Below, in pieces: positions 14,001 to 25,131 of a stretch of DNA of 64,000 bases; positions within the stretch are counted from its first letter, which is position 1; the number at the start of each line of letters is the position of its first letter. Made by a program: the position numbers and the translations under genes. The notes beneath the pieces are model-generated. The model saw only the letters and a list, made by a program, of their open reading frames with translations, was not told where the DNA came from and searched no databases. The stretch is taken from contig NC_092346.1 of assembly GCF_963676685.1 (NCBI RefSeq), positions 74,710,001-74,774,000 on the forward strand, written 5' to 3'. The stretch is from Mytilus edulis. Lineage: Eukaryota.

Positions 14001-17000
14001 CTTTTCCTTATTCCCAAAATAACCCCAATTTCATCCTCTCGGTTCACCAGCCCAGTAGTCAGCACTTCGGTGTTGACATGAATATCAATTATATGGTCAT
14101 TTGATGGTCTTTTTTATAAATTTTCTGTTTACAAAACTTTGAATTTTTCGAAAAACTAAGGATTTTCTTACCCCAGGAGTAGATTACCTTAGCCGTATTT
14201 GGCACAACTTTTTGGAATTTTGGGTCCTCAATGCTCTTCAACTTAGTATTTGTTTGGCTTTTTAACTATTTTGATCTGAGCGTCACTGATGAGTCTTATG
14301 TAGACGAAACGCGTGCTGGCGTATAAAATTATAATCCTGGTACTTTTGATAACTATTTACACCACTGGGTCGATGCCACTGCTGGTGGACGTTTCGTCCC
14401 CGAGGGTATCACCAGCCCAGTAGTCAGCACTTCGGTGTTGACATGAATATCAATTATATGGTCTTTTTTTATAAATTTTCTGTTTACAAAACTTTGAATT
14501 TTTCGAAAAACTAAGGATTTTCTTACCCCAGGAGTAGATTACCTTAGCCGTATTTGGCACAACTTTTTGGAATTTTGGGTCCTCAATGCTCTTCAACTTT
14601 GTATTTGTTTGGCTTTTTAACTATTTTGATCTGAGCGTCACTGATGAGTCTTATGTAGACGAAACGCGTGCTGGCGTATAAAATTATAATCCTGGTACTT
14701 TTGATAACTATTTACACCACTGGGTTGATGCCACTGCTGGTGGACGTTTCGTCCCCGAGGGTATCACCAGCCCAGTAGTCAGCACTTCGGTGTTGACATG
14801 AATATCAATTATATGGTCTTTTTTATAAATTTTCTGTTTACAAAACTTTGAATTTTTCGAAAAACTAAGGATTTTCTTACCCCAGGAGTAGATTACCTTA
14901 GCCGTATTTGGCACAACTTTTTGGAATTTTGGGTCCTCAATGCTCTTCAACTTTGTATTTGTTTGGCTTTATAACTATTTTGATCTGAGCATCACTGATG
15001 AGTCTTATGTAGACGAAACGCGCGTCTGGCGTATAAAATTATAATCCTGGTACTTTTGATAACTATTCATAAATAGCACATTTTCAAATGTAAACAAAAC
15101 TTAGCTTGAAAAAGAAGGTCAAGTCCACCTACGTTATACACAATTGTAAGATGTGGTGTGACGTTGCTATGGAAAAAAATCTATGCAGTTTGGGTCATAT
15201 CTTATCAACTATAAAAATTAATTCAATTCAATTATCGGAAAAGTAATGCCTTTAAGTATTGTTACTGTGACAGAAAATATTAATAACAGCTATGACAACA
15301 TCTTTTAACATATAAGAATTGGTTCAATAATTTAAAATCATCTAAAATTAATATTCAATGCATATTTTTGTCCTTGAGTGATAATTCCTAGGATATCCGT
15401 TAAAGATGCCTTAATTGATCAATAAAGCTATAATGCATTAAAAAAAAAATGTTTTCTAGCGACAAATGATAGTTAATTGATGCTTTTCTTCAATTTGCGT
15501 AATTTTAAATCTTCTATTAATATCAAACATGCTTACCATACTATACTTTTCACAACTATCGAGAACTGATGACGTATTGCACACAATGTCAAAATTGAGC
15601 ACAACGACAGATGTTTTGATTTTTCTTGATTTACGCAAGAGAAAATCGTGAGGATAATAGGAAATGAATAAAAGTATCTACTTAATTAACACAACCAGCT
15701 TTGACTACATTTATTTGAAGAACTGGCCCTACCGAGCAAACGTTTCTTACATTATCGAGAACCGATAACACAAGGATACACAAACCTTTTGCTGCAACAT
15801 TTATACTCCCTGCATTAGCTGCATTTACTTTAGATAATATTGTCTGTGATTTACTTTCAGATATTATTGCAAATTAAAGACCTATTTAAAAATCAACCTT
15901 CACTGGTAGATATAGATGTGCCAAAGGTAAGGTCAACACAAGGCAATTTTTTACATCGTTAATTTCATCTTGTTGTTCTCAAAATAATTTGATGGTTGCA
16001 AACTATGAAAGAAAGTCAATTATTTCTACAATACATTTAAGATAGCCAATAAAAATATAGAAATACAGGAATAGGATTAAACATTGTTTGTATTGTAGTA
16101 TCTGTGTTTTGACACTAAGTTCATGGTCTACAATATTAATTAATAGTCTATATAAAATTCTATATTATAAACGCTCAATGTTGCCATACCACCTACTAGA
16201 AGATGCCCACAAAATTTCGGTACAAATTGACAAGTGTAGTAACATAGAGTTTAAAAATATAGCATCAGTACCTCAAATGAGCATGCATGAAAGCATACAA
16301 GACAAGTATAGTTAATAGTTGGATATTTTCTCAAAAATTGGTGTTTTCTGTGGAAAAAAGATTTTTTTGTTTCAAAGACAAAATTAAGAAGTATAAAACA
16401 CTACATTTATAAAATACATTCACAAATATTTCCGACTTTGTATAATTTCAGAGGGGCTCGATGAAATCAGTCTCTAAACATAGACACAACTTAAAATAAA
16501 CAATCAGCATATATAGATAGTTAACTCATAATCTAAAAACTTAAAAAAAGGAAATATTTGAATGCAGTTCTCTAAAGAAGTCCACTTTGGGATCACAAAT
16601 TAACAATAGATATAAAGATAAAAAAAAATCTGTATACCAGCTTTATGTGTGTCCATAATTGGTCTTAATAGAAATGATTTATAAATAATGAAATGATTTC
16701 TATTTTCAGGGACAAAAGTTTACTATATGTGGTGATATACATGGGCAGTATTATGATCTACTTAATATATTTAAGTTAAATGGTTTACCGTCTGTAGATA
16801 ATCCTTATGTATCCTTTACAACGTCAGCTTACACAAATCTACAATGATAAGTGGTATTATAGAGTTTGAATGAACTATACTAAACGTATAAAAAATCTAC
16901 AACACTAAGTGGTACTATAGAGTTTGAATGAAATTATAATAAATGTGAAAAATGCTGTATGATGCTAAGTGGTATTATAGAGCTTGAATGAAATTATGAT

Positions 17001-20000
17001 AAATGTAAAAAAAATCTGTTTAATCACAGGGACTGATCAAGGTTTTTTGAAAGGGGTTTAATTGAAGATAAAAGAATATATGATTTTTTAAACTATTTTA
17101 TTCTAAAAAATGATAAACATTAAAAGGGTCGTTAGAACCTGCAAAACCCCTGAATCCATCACTGGATCATATTAAGCTGTTATCTGTTGTTAAGTTACTA
17201 TCTCACTGCTATCTAGATGTTAAAACATAATTTAAGACACAACAATGAGGTTTGTAAGAAAATATAGCATTGAGAACTAAATTCATATTCTTAAAAATAT
17301 ATTACCTTTTTAAGGTAAAAGAGTCTTTTTACACATGTTATATGGGCTGTAAATTTATGTTAGTAAAATTTCCTTAACCTTTGACCAGTTATTTAATGGT
17401 GATTTTGTAGACCGAGGGTCATTCTCTGTAGAATGTATATTTGTTTTATTTAGTTTTAAGCTTTTGTATCCAGATAGTTTTTATATGGCCAGGGGTAAGT
17501 TTTTAGATAAAAATGTATAATTCAAATACATTTTACTTTTAGTTTTTGCGAGAAGTATTTGGAGGGGGTGAGGGATGTAGGATAGAATTTTGATGTATAT
17601 GAAACAAGAAATCCTAGGAAATAACTTAATTTATCACAAGAACAATGTCAACTGAGCAAAAACACAAAACATCTAATAAAAAAAAATAATGTCAAAAACA
17701 TGCAACACAAAAAATAAAAATATACATGAGAATGTTGATGATGATTAATAGATGGTGACATCCAGAGGCTGATATTACATGCATACCAGGACTTACTAAA
17801 AAATGTTATTGTGGTGGTGTGTACATGAATCCTACTTTGTACAAGTCTGAAACAATGAGCTTGATTTTTATGGAGCTAGTTCACAAGTTGATAGTTAGCA
17901 AGAAGATCAGAACACATTATTCTAATTCCAAGTGTACATGACTGCTCTTAGCCTCTTAGTCAACAGTGACCATGTTTGTTAAGAAGCAGCAATTACAAAA
18001 TTTCCAGTCTTTGGTTTGACCCTGCATCTGATCTTTTAATCCTTTTTTGACAATTATTTAAAGCTTTTAATTGATGAAAGCTTGGGATTGATTTTGGAGG
18101 TTATGGTCCTTAAGGTTCGGAATTAGGGGCCCAAAGGGGCCAAAACAAGCATTTATCTAGTGTCAGGACAATAAATTGTGTATAAGTATTTCAATTGTTC
18201 TAAAATTGTACCACAATGTTTAATACCATAAGTAGAAGGTTGGGATATATTTTTAAGGGTTATGGGGCAAACAGTATAGGAATAAAGGACCAAAAACAAG
18301 CATTTTTGTAGTTTCAAGAAAATAAATTGGAGTTATCTTTCTTTGTCCAGAATGGTTGTTGAATCACCTAAAACCAATGCTTTATGAAATCTTCTTTGAG
18401 AATTGGAGTTATCTTTCTTTGTCCAGAATAGTAGTTGAATCAACTTCAATCAAGGCTATATACAATATACAATGCAATATTATTCACTTTACTACCAACT
18501 GATAAATTAAAGCAATCTTTACCATTCAGTGATTACAAGCACTTTGATTACCATTCTAGGGTTATGCCCCTTTACAAGTGGAAAAAAATGAAGATCTTTT
18601 TAGTTTCTGTTCTCTTAACTTAAGTTTGTCTCAACTAAATTTAATGAAATGTGTATATAATGCTTATTACCTCTAAACTCAGTTTAAGTTCCTTTATAAC
18701 GGTATGTGCTAGCGAGGGCATCATCTGTCCCTTTGGACACATTCCCCATTTATTGTTTTAGAAGTTACTATAAAGTTAATTAATATTAATTTTAACCATG
18801 ACTGTATGACATTTTATATTTATTTAAATATTTTATGAAGTATTTAAATGAGTAGTTATTGTTGCAAACTCCATTAGAAATATGAATTGAGATAATTTTT
18901 GAAATAAGGGAAAGGGTGCTCATCAAGGTGAAAAAAAAATGGGGGAGGGGGGGTCAATTTTTCTCATTTCAGATTACAGAAATTAAAAAGAAAATTTCTT
19001 CTTTTAGGATTAATATTCAACAGCATAGTGAATTGCTTAAAATCAAAAAAAGTATTTTAAGTTCATTAGACCACCCTTATTCTGTATCAGAAACATTTAA
19101 ACACAATAAAAATTCAGAGCTGTATCCAGCTTGAATGTTGTGTTCATACTTGCCCCAACCGTTCAGGGTTAGACCTCTGCGGTCGTATAAAGCTGCACCC
19201 TGTGGGGCATCTGGTTATTGATGGAAGAAGCTAGGGTACCTTGGGAGAACCATTGACCTTTGGAAATAAACCTTGCAATCCTTTTCAATTAAATTCAGTC
19301 TAACATACCTCGCCATATAGGGGTTTGAAAACTTTATAGTTGAAAAATTATAATGATCACTCTAGATTAACTACTTAGACCTCATATGCTGTTGACTGTG
19401 TCTTTTATTTAAGATATTACTAAGATATGCTCAGTAAATGTTGTTTTTATGTTTTGTACCGTAATATCTCCTGTTTTTTAAAAATTGTGCAAATAAAGGA
19501 AATGTAGATACACTATTGTAATTAAAACTTTTATGGTATTATTTTATTTTTAGGGAATCATGAAAGTGCAACAATGAATCAGATGTATGGTTTTGAAGGA
19601 GAAGTCAAATCAAAATATCCTTTTCATTATAATACCCCCGCTTTAAAAAAGTGGGGGTATACTGTTTGACCTCTGTCTGTCTATCCATCTGTTAGTCCAT
19701 CTGTCAGTCTGTCCGTCCCATGATTATTTTCTGTGCAGTTTTCTCAAGAACTACAATACAAGGATTTCTGAAATTTGGTTTCAGGGTTTATATAAGTCAG
19801 CTATACCGTGTGATGCATTTTCAGGTTCATCACTCAACAACTTCCTGTTTACTGAAAACTTGTATCATTTAACACATGATAGCCAAGTTGACAATTTTTG
19901 TCGCATTTTTTCTCAGTAACTACATTACATGTTTTTGTGAAATTTGGTTTCAGGGTTTATATAAGTCAGATGGGTTTTCAGATTTATCACTTGACAACTC

Positions 20001-23000
20001 CCTGTTTACCGAAATATTTCGACGGGGATATCATCAGTGAGCAGTAGCTCACAGTTTTACTGGTTTTTAAACAGCTTTACTGTAGACTAAGTTATGCCCT
20101 CCCTGAGGTCAGCAGCCGGGCATTTAATATACATATATGTCAATATACACCATGACTTTTAAGGAAAAATCGCTTCACACAATATTATAAGATCAAAAAA
20201 GGCAATTGACCATCATTACCTCATGATAATGACACTTTACAATACTGGAATATTATTTAACACTCTAAAATGAATGTATTTTGTAAAACAAATGATAAAA
20301 TGTATGAATCAACAATACTATGAATTATATAATGTATGTAGTTAATAATGATAATCCTTAACACATACCACATACAGCAGTAAAATGGCTGACCTGTTTA
20401 CTGAGATATTCAATTTGCTGCCTTTATGTCACTGTATAAATAATAAAATTTTAGTAAGTAATTAACAAAATTAACAAAAGATTGTTTATAGAAAACTTTA
20501 GTCACCTTTCAAAATTTGCTTCAAAGGTGTCGATATTCTGCTAAACATTTCAAATATGTTAACAGGCAAGATTCATGAGGGAGTTGCCATTCATTCTATC
20601 TATCATAAATATAAATAGTAGTCTGTCAATCCTATATCAAGGATTTGCTTGTGTCGCATATATATGATTACTAAAATGAATAGGAATAAAAGAGGATGTG
20701 GGGTTAACACCAAAGAAACAAATCTATGACTTATAACAATCAAAATGGTGCTCTGTTCAATTGCATTACTTTAATCAAGAAGGCTTTCACACATAAGTGA
20801 GATTTAGAAATGTTTATGACAGAAGAATGCTGAAAGTTAGACAGTTGATTTTGAATTTTGAATGACTCCAGACTTTTAGAGGATTGAATGTGGAATTAAT
20901 TGTAAAGTAGCATTGTTCATTTGTATTCCAACTCATTTCTTGGGATATGTCTTTTATTGAAATACAGATTGATATGATCAAAGTCATGGAGACATCTAAA
21001 AAAAACAATAAATGAATAAAAATGGAAACAAACATATTTTCTAAGGGCTGAGATTACTCATATCAGTCATAGTGGAGACTTCAAATCTTGAATGAGTCTA
21101 TTATAAAAAGTAGAACCAGTTTAAATGGTTTTTTTATTTTGATGGTATGTGAGTTAACTCATTAAGTTCTCACATTATTGATGAGCACATATAATAGGGT
21201 TAACCACCAATAAACATGAACACAGTAATTTATAATGTTTAATATTACAGTTAATGCATGGAGGATTGTTCAGGGATGAAAATGTAACATTAGATGATTT
21301 ACGGAAAGTTGATCGTAACAGACAACCTCCAGAAAGTGGTAGGTGTTGCTGTTTTTAATATAGTTTAATGTTTATTATAAAGTTTGATTGCACTGTAACA
21401 TGATATAAAGGTGTTTGTAATTCAATGTGTAATAAATAAGTTTTATTAATTTGCTAAAACTGTAACAGTATGATACATTAGGCTAAAGTAAATATTGGTT
21501 AACTAACTGATATAAGTTTTTTAAGATTGTTAGAATGGGCATTGCAGTTATGTTGCCAGTAACTTTGTTAGAATTGAAATAGTTGAGAGCATTAACAGAA
21601 ACAAAAATTGAATGATTAGCTCTTTTAATTTGTGATTTTTGTGGAAAATACTGAATCTTTTCATTGATTATACAGGACAGATATAATGTAAGATATAAAA
21701 TGTCATTTTTGATAAATATTTACAGGAGCAATGTGTGAACTGTTATGGTCTGATCCCCAGATGATGTGTGGGACAAGTGACAGTAAACGAGGGGTAGGGA
21801 CCATGTTTGGACCAGACGTAACAAAGAAATTTCTTCAGAAAAATAAATTGGACTATATTGTACGGAGTCATGAAGTGAAACAAGATGGATACGAAGTGAT
21901 ACATGATGGCAAATGTATAACAGTCTTCTCTGCTCCTAATTACTGGTATGTCACCATTAATAATGTTTTAAAGCACCTGATATTCTAAATCACAAGTTGA
22001 TGTGCACAACATTATTATTCTTCAATGTTTTTGATGTAATATGTTCTTCATAAAAAGATATAACAATTTCTATTTTGAACAGAACAAAAGCCCAAGAGAT
22101 AACAGTACAATTGCTCCCTGACAAATGACAATAACTTTCATTCTAGATCATTTTCCATTGTTGTGCATATTAATTGAATTTGATAAAGAAAGCATTATTT
22201 ATCTATAAATTTGTTGCTGTAATACATTTAAGCAATAAAGTTTACCATAGAAGCATACAGTTTCAATTTGCAAAGTTGTGTACACATTTATCCTAAAATT
22301 TTAAAAATTTCAATTTCAGTGATCAGATGGGAAATAAAGGAGCCTTTATCAATATCACCGGTGATGACCTGACCCCCAAATTTACATCATTTGAAGCAGT
22401 GGTAAGTGTGATGGTCTGAAAATTGACCATCAATTAAAAATTCACTAAATATAGTTAGTTTTTGCCAGTTATTTATGAGATGGTCATTTATATTTACGTT
22501 AGGATAGTATTGGATTGATAGAGAGGACTTAATGAATGAACAGCAAACTATATCAAATTGAACAGGAAAATGAATGGCATACTGTTCTTTAATTTGACCT
22601 CCTTTTGAAAACCATGATACATAAATGAGTCTTTTTAACAATTATTATTGTTTAGTCCTATTCCTCTTCAAAAATAGTCATCCTGTCTAAAAAGAATAGG
22701 AAATTCGATCATAGAAAAATATTTGATATTTTGAGAAATCATGAGCTCCACTTATGGCTTTGAAACTTTGAAAAGATACATTTATTATTCTATTGAGGTT
22801 AATAACACTAACCATCCCAAACAAAGATTCTCTTTTAAATTATCAAACACATACTTAACAATAAAGATTAAATATTCAATAATGAAAATTTCATATTCTT
22901 TATGTTTACATGTAGTATTAAGTATCTTAAATTCTATATATTTGTATATTTGTATATTTCAGCCACATCCCAATGTGAAACCCATGGCCTATGCAAACCC

Positions 23001-23019
23001 ATTATTTGGATTATTTTGA
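5048..23019 (+). CDS. PPP5C: Serine/threonine-protein phosphatase 5 (TPR domain + PPP catalytic domain), 14 coding exons, 499 aa
   Basis: Exons assembled by hand with consistent phases: 5048-5180, 10343-10512, 11986-12057, 12629-12770, 13040-13161, 15861-15926, 16710-16808, 17389-17494, 19554-19614, 20372-20453, 21251-21338, 21726-21945, 22320-22401, 22963-23019 (1500 nt including stop). TPR motifs ([39 protein letters not shown]); PPP motifs GDIHG, GDFVDRG, RGNHE, HGG, LLWSDP, RSHE, FSAPNY; PP5 C-terminus [12 protein letters not shown]. The start could alternatively be ATG 5060. Confidence 0.97.
5937..7158. mobile_element. Foldback/Mutator-like non-autonomous element in PPP5C intron 1
   Basis: Arms of tandem 15-16-bp GTCGATCCGGCCC(C)AA units (5940-6055) inverted at 7050-7155; 9-bp direct repeat TTCTTGGAA at 5928-5936 and 7159-7167. 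Confidence 0.85.
6248..6423. mobile_element. 176-bp MITE nested in the foldback element
   Basis: Ends GAGGGGG / CCCCCTC, internal TTTCGGGA repeats, flanked by duplicated AGCTCT (6242-47, 6424-29). Confidence 0.7.
7406..7528. repeat. Short palindromic element built from GCGACAAGAA units
   Basis: ACTAATCAGAGACAAGAAG / CTTCTTGTCGCTAATTAGT inverted ends (17 of 19 match). Confidence 0.65.
9285..9393. repeat. 28-bp minisatellite, about 3.7 copies
   Basis: CAATTATTGATTAAATACATGTACATAT repeated in tandem. Confidence 0.9.
11326..11610. repeat. Minisatellite of 52-53-bp units plus shorter 39-bp variants
   Basis: TTATATCTAGTATTCTAGTACCCCATTTATAGACC core repeated six times. Confidence 0.9.
14045..15067 (+). 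mobile_element. Non-LTR retrozyme tandem array (about 355-bp monomer x 2.9) with type I hammerhead motifs, PPP5C intron 5
   Basis: Near-identical units; hammerhead motifs at 14280-14322, 14635-14677 and 14989-15032: GCGTCA-CTGATGA-GTC TTATGTA GAC-GAAA-CGCGCG-TC-TGGCGT. Confidence 0.88.
16809..17388 (+). other. U12-type (minor spliceosome) GT-AG intron of PPP5C
   Basis: 5' splice site GTATCCTTT at 16809; branch site TTCCTTAAC at 17370-17378, about 10 nt before CAG 17386-17388; removal joins ...DNPY|[10 protein letters not shown] in frame. Confidence 0.93.
16835..17015. repeat. About 60-bp tandem repeat x3 inside the GT-AG U12 intron
   Basis: TAAGTGGTA(T/C)TATAGAG(T/C)TTGAATGAA recurring at about 16848, 16906 and 16966. 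Confidence 0.8.
18040..19216. mobile_element. Degenerate Helentron/HINE-like repeat cluster in PPP5C intron 8
   Basis: Internal duplicated blocks (AATTGGAGTTATCTTTCTTTGTCCAGAAT twice; AAACAAGCATTT units) and a hairpin-like 3' end near 19190-19216; boundaries and family assignment approximate. Confidence 0.4.
19615..20371 (+). other. U12-type AT-AC intron of PPP5C
   Basis: 5' splice site ATATCCTTT at 19615; branch site TCCTTAAC at 20355-20362; AC at 20370-20371; removal gives GFEGEVKSK|[13 protein letters not shown], colinear with PP5 orthologues. Confidence 0.93.
19628..20068 (+). mobile_element. Helentron-associated (HINE/DINE-1-like) element in the AT-AC intron
   Basis: 5' hairpin ATACCCCC-GCTTTAAAAAAGT-GGGGGTAT, (GTCY)n-like microsatellite, two internal units of about 170 bp, 3' hairpin GTGAGC-AGTA-GCTCAC and T-run. 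Confidence 0.75.
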
Positions 23020-23449
23020 CAGATGGAAGACTGTAGTGATTCTCAGGAAACATGGACATTATTTTATCATATCTGTATCAAATACAGAGCAAAATATCAC
23101 TGTCTCTCTGTTATTTTGTCTAAAGGCCCTTAAATAAATAAATATTCAGACTATTCCTGTAAGTCAATCAAAACACAGGTATTTTATACTAATTGGAGTT
23201 TCCAGACTTTTGAAGAAATGTATTTATATTTGTCCAAAAGTAGATGGGTAAGATTAGGTTTTAATTCTGCAAATATATTGATAAGTAGAGATTTACAAAG
23301 TGTATGGTTGAATTTCTCATGAGGGGTGCACAAACTCTCTGAAGTGAGTTTATACAGACACCCCCTTTTTAATAACTAGTTAAAGTTAGGGAAACTAGTT
23401 CAGTCAATCTATTCTTCAGAAATGATAAGTGAATTTTCCAAAAATCTTC

Positions 23450-23772
23450 CATCGGATTGGATATGTTCCTTACGTTGTAACTACAATCCCCTTCCCTTTT
23501 ATGAATGTGACCTACTGAATTAGACTATTCACCGGATTTGTTATAACATGAGCAACACAACGGGTGCCACATGTGTAGCAGGATCTACTTACCCTTCTGG
23601 AGCACCTGAGAGTTTTTGGTGGGGTTTGTGTTGCTTATTCTTTAGTTTTCTATGTTGTGACGTGTGTACTATTGTTTGTCTACTTGTCTTTTTAATTTTT
23701 AGCCATGGCATGTCAGTTCAATTTCGATTTATGAGTTTGACTGTCCCTCTGGTATCTTTTGTCCTTCTTTTT
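23450..23772 (+). mobile_element. Dispersed repeat, probable PLE 3'-end derivative, downstream of the PPP5C stop
   Basis: AATGTGACCTAC.GAATTAGACTATT.ACC recurs at 34222; the 3' part resembles 28792-28920 in reverse orientation and the tail of the relic near 500-640. Confidence 0.6.
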
Positions 23773-25131
23773 ACACACTTAGACAGACTTATATTCAGAA
23801 TAGTTTGGTGGTGTATGTATAAAATCTAACAAACTGAAATTGACTAAATACATTGCATTTTTCAATTTTGGACTGAATAAAGTCACATAACTTTGTAGTA
23901 TCAAAAGATAAGGAGCCCAGTTTTCATTTGATTGGTACTAATCATGTATACCTATTTGTTACTTTTGTTCAGCCATCCTTGTATCATCAGGTATTTTTGA
24001 TGATTGACCATTTCACAGTGGTATTTCACCTTTGAAGTCTCTTGTAAAGTACAGTAGGAGTCCTATGATCCACACTTGATTGACTTTTCTGTGTCTAGAT
24101 TCATTTTTCATGAATCAGCAGTTATGGTTCCGGTGATATAAAACACCAAAACTTTCAGTTTTTGTCAAGATTGCAACATTTTGATGTGAAACCAGTATAC
24201 AGTGTGTTAGTGACTATGTTGTCAACATTAAGATTTAGTCTATACGTTGTTAAGTATTTAGTCGAGCATCCACCAGCTAGAACATTCAGACTAAGATACA
24301 TGAACCTTTCTCAATAAAAAATCACCAATCTGGTTGAATGATGTACATCTGTCTATTTTTAAACACAGTATGTAAACCGTGAGATATTTTTTGGTTATTT
24401 GTGTCATTTCATTTTTTTTCAATTGAAAATGTATGTAGGATATATTGGAATGAATTGGTGAATTATCTTTAAAAAAAATAGGCTGATGTACATTATTAAG
24501 CCAGATTTTGGTTTAATTTTGGGGATAAGAAAAGATTTCAAATGCTCTTAAATTTCATATTTGATTTTGGTTTTTAAAACAGTGATTCAGTTGCCACTGT
24601 TGAGTCTTATAAAGAAGAAACACACGCCTGATACTAACTTATAAGCCTGGTAACTTTGAAAGGTTTGTACATACGATAAGTCCATCTCTAAATTGTCTAA
24701 AGTCTAGAAAAGTTGTGAAACAGAACTGTCAAAGAATTGCCATCAAAGCCAAATCCATAGAAAAAACCAACGAAAAACGTTAATATATGACATAAAAAGA
24801 CCATTTATAAAGATCTTGACTGGACAGTAACATTAGTATGTGGGCGGATAATCTATAAGTTTTTTTTTAAGATCCCACCCCTTGTATGATCTTGTATACT
24901 TATACTCTGAATTACTGTTAAGATATAGTCAACATTATTCTATCTGTAGTTTATCTGGTTGCTCAGTTTTGGATTTTTGAACTTTTTTTTTACATTTACT
25001 AGGGAACAAGACATCATCCGCAAACCTAATATTTGAATAAAATACTTAAAAGGTGCAGCTTAAATGTGTTTTAGTTAATCATCTAACCTGGTCATTTATG
25101 CAATATAAGCCAAATATTGCCAGAAAGATTA

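Noticed and set aside
14708-14950. Recurring short ORFs (also 38672, 45474 and 46214)
   Set aside because: Chance frames within retrozyme repeat copies; starts and stops differ between copies.
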